Origin: a virus
Length of the DNA stretch: 64,000 nt
Strand: one strand, 5' to 3'
IMG/VR virus record: IMGVR_UViG_3300037342_000011
Coordinates: 7,466 to 71,465 of that record
A program made the position numbers and the translations under genes. Below are positions 62,522 through 64,000 of the stretch, piece by piece. Each line of letters starts with the position of its first letter. Positions within the stretch are counted from its first letter, which is position 1. The notes beneath the pieces were generated by a model, which was given only the letters and a program-made list of their open reading frames with translations, did not search any database and was not told the DNA's origin.

Positions 62522-64000
62522 TAGATCACAGGCAACAACGGTGACGCGACAACGGTGAACGAAGTGTCCTGCGATGTGGCGATCACCGCGCCAATCCCTT
62601 GCCACTTATAGGTCCACGCACCAACTTGGTCGGGCTCGAACGAATAGGTATAGACCCCCGTTGATGGGTTAAGAATAGCCCCGCCCGTTATCGTTGTTAG
62701 CGAGCTATCCGGCGCTTTGATGATCAAGCTAACGACGGTCGGGACCGCCGGGGAGAAGTTCGAGTCGGTGGACTCTACGAACTGGGCGGTCAGAATAACC
62801 TCAGTGTTGACTTGGTAGGCCGAGCCCATCCGATAATTCCCCTGAACGAACGTGATGACCGCAATGGCCGCCTGATCCAGTACCGTTACCAGCCATACTG
62901 CAACATCAGACGCAACCACGTCCCCGATGATACTGGGGCCGGTGAAGGTTTGTACAATCTCGGATTGGCTTCCGGTAGCTGATAGAAACGACGCAAACCA
63001 CTCTAACTGGCCGCCAGCCGCCGACGTTACGCGGTTGATTTGGATTGTAACCTCGGTTTGCGCGATCGTATCAAACCGGGCTGCCGATAGTATTTCCGCC
63101 AAACCGACAGCGTTACCTTTAACGCTCAGTACGAATTCGCTCTCGGACAATGCGTCAAGACGAACCGACACAATGTTTTCAGCAGCAACCAGGGCGTTAG
63201 AACTGACCCCTGTTGTCACTTCATCTAACGTAGGGCGATCAGCACGGACACTTAATCCAGTTTCAGTCTGAACCAGCAAATCTGTCTGCGCATTCGCGGT
63301 GTTCTCGACCTTTATTGTAACGTCGGTTCTGAGCGCAGCGGTGGCTTCTAGTTGTGAAACGCCATCGGCGGCTACTGCGAGCAGCCCCAATTCTTCAGTT
63401 TGAACAACTGTGTCTTTGCGTACTGACGGCGTTTGTTCGCTTACGGTGGGCGAGTCGGAGCGTTGTAAGGCTGTAGATTCTACATTACCGAGCGAGTCGG
63501 TTCGCTGCGAGATAGTAGATTCTGTATTTGCGGGCGAGTCGGTTCGTTGAAGGGACACTATTTCAAGTGGCGCAGAGGCATCCGCCGTTGCAACAACCGC
63601 GTCTAGTTTCTCAATCTGCGTGGCGGTATCGCCCCGCACCGATGAACTAATCTCTTCGACAACGTTCGTATTCGATTGAAGCGCAGCGGACATCTCTAGT
63701 TGTGCGGCTGTGTTACCGCTTACCGATAGCCCCAGCTCGACGTTGGTGACCGCGTCGCGACGAACAGTGCTTCCAATTTCGGAAGCCGCCGAGATGTCTG
63801 TGCGCTGTGCTGCGAGCAATTCGACCGCAGCTAAACTATCTGTTCGAACGCCGCCGAGAACTTCAATCGCGCCGACCGCGTCGCGACGAACAGTGCTTCC
63901 AATTTCGGAAGCCGCCGAGATGTCTGTGCGCTGTGCTGCGAGCAATTCGACCGCAGCTAAACTATCTGTTCGAACGCCGCCGAGAACTTCAATCGCGCCG
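62521..64000 (-). CDS. Long 14-residue-repeat virion protein with C-terminal Ig-like domain; 5' end outside window
   Basis: Periodic xRxDxxxxxExxxx; frame open to window edge; C-terminal TGVYTY...VGAWTYKWQG. Confidence 0.75.
   Translation of the reverse strand, partial: GAIEVLGGVRTDSLAAVELLAAQRTDISAASEIGSTVRRDAVGAIEVLGGVRTDSLAAVELLAAQRTDISAASEIGSTVRRDAVTNVELGLSVSGNTAAQLEMSAALQSNTNVVEEISSSVRGDTATQIEKLDAVVATADASAPLEIVSLQRTDSPANTESTISQRTDSLGNVESTALQRSDSPTVSEQTPSVRKDTVVQTEELGLLAVAADGVSQLEATAALRTDVTIKVENTANAQTDLLVQTETGLSVRADRPTLDEVTTGVSSNALVAAENIVSVRLDALSESEFVLSVKGNAVGLAEILSAARFDTIAQTEVTIQINRVTSAAGGQLEWFASFLSATGSQSEIVQTFTGPSIIGDVVASDVAVWLVTVLDQAAIAVITFVQGNYRMGSAYQVNTEVILTAQFVESTDSNFSPAVPTVVSLIIKAPDSSLTTITGGAILNPSTGVYTYSFEPDQVGAWTYKWQGIGAVIATSQDTSFTVVASPLLPVI
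63748..64000. repeat. 126-bp perfect tandem repeat (at least 2 copies)
   Basis: 63748-63873 equals 63874-63999; 42 aa = 3 x 14-aa units. Confidence 0.95.

Noticed and set aside
1-64000. Genome-wide TAG recoding
   Set aside because: Many clear genes end in TAG directly followed by RBS and a new gene; core genes are not fragmented

Overview
Nearly complete, circularly permuted genome of a contractile-tailed (myovirus) phage. The structural module is of the DUF1073-portal / DUF2213-protease / DUF2184-capsid / DUF3383-sheath type. The host is probably an alphaproteobacterium (GcrA-like, TSCPD-like and DUF3489 genes). Almost everything is on the minus strand: head and packaging (1-14.1 kb), putative origin plus primase/helicase/recombination/DNA-modification genes (14.2-33.2 kb), a divergent early block (33.5-36.8 kb), an accessory island of tiny gene cassettes with a degenerate resolvase-nuclease fusion, a Thg1-like gene, a tRNA-like RNA and an IS1595 transposase (35.1-44.2 kb), then lysis, baseplate and tail genes (44.2-64 kb). 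I see no integrase, CI repressor, CRISPR array or reverse transcriptase. Best observation: a 335-aa intein at the catalytic Cys of a papain-like peptidase whose homing endonuclease (HTH repeats + DUF559/Vsr-like) is encoded on the opposite strand, in register, with its RBS and start codon overprinted on intein block F. Second: an integron-like array of mini-genes joined by TAGGAG stop/RBS junctions, with one whole cassette exactly duplicated. All family names come from motif recognition by eye, not database searches.
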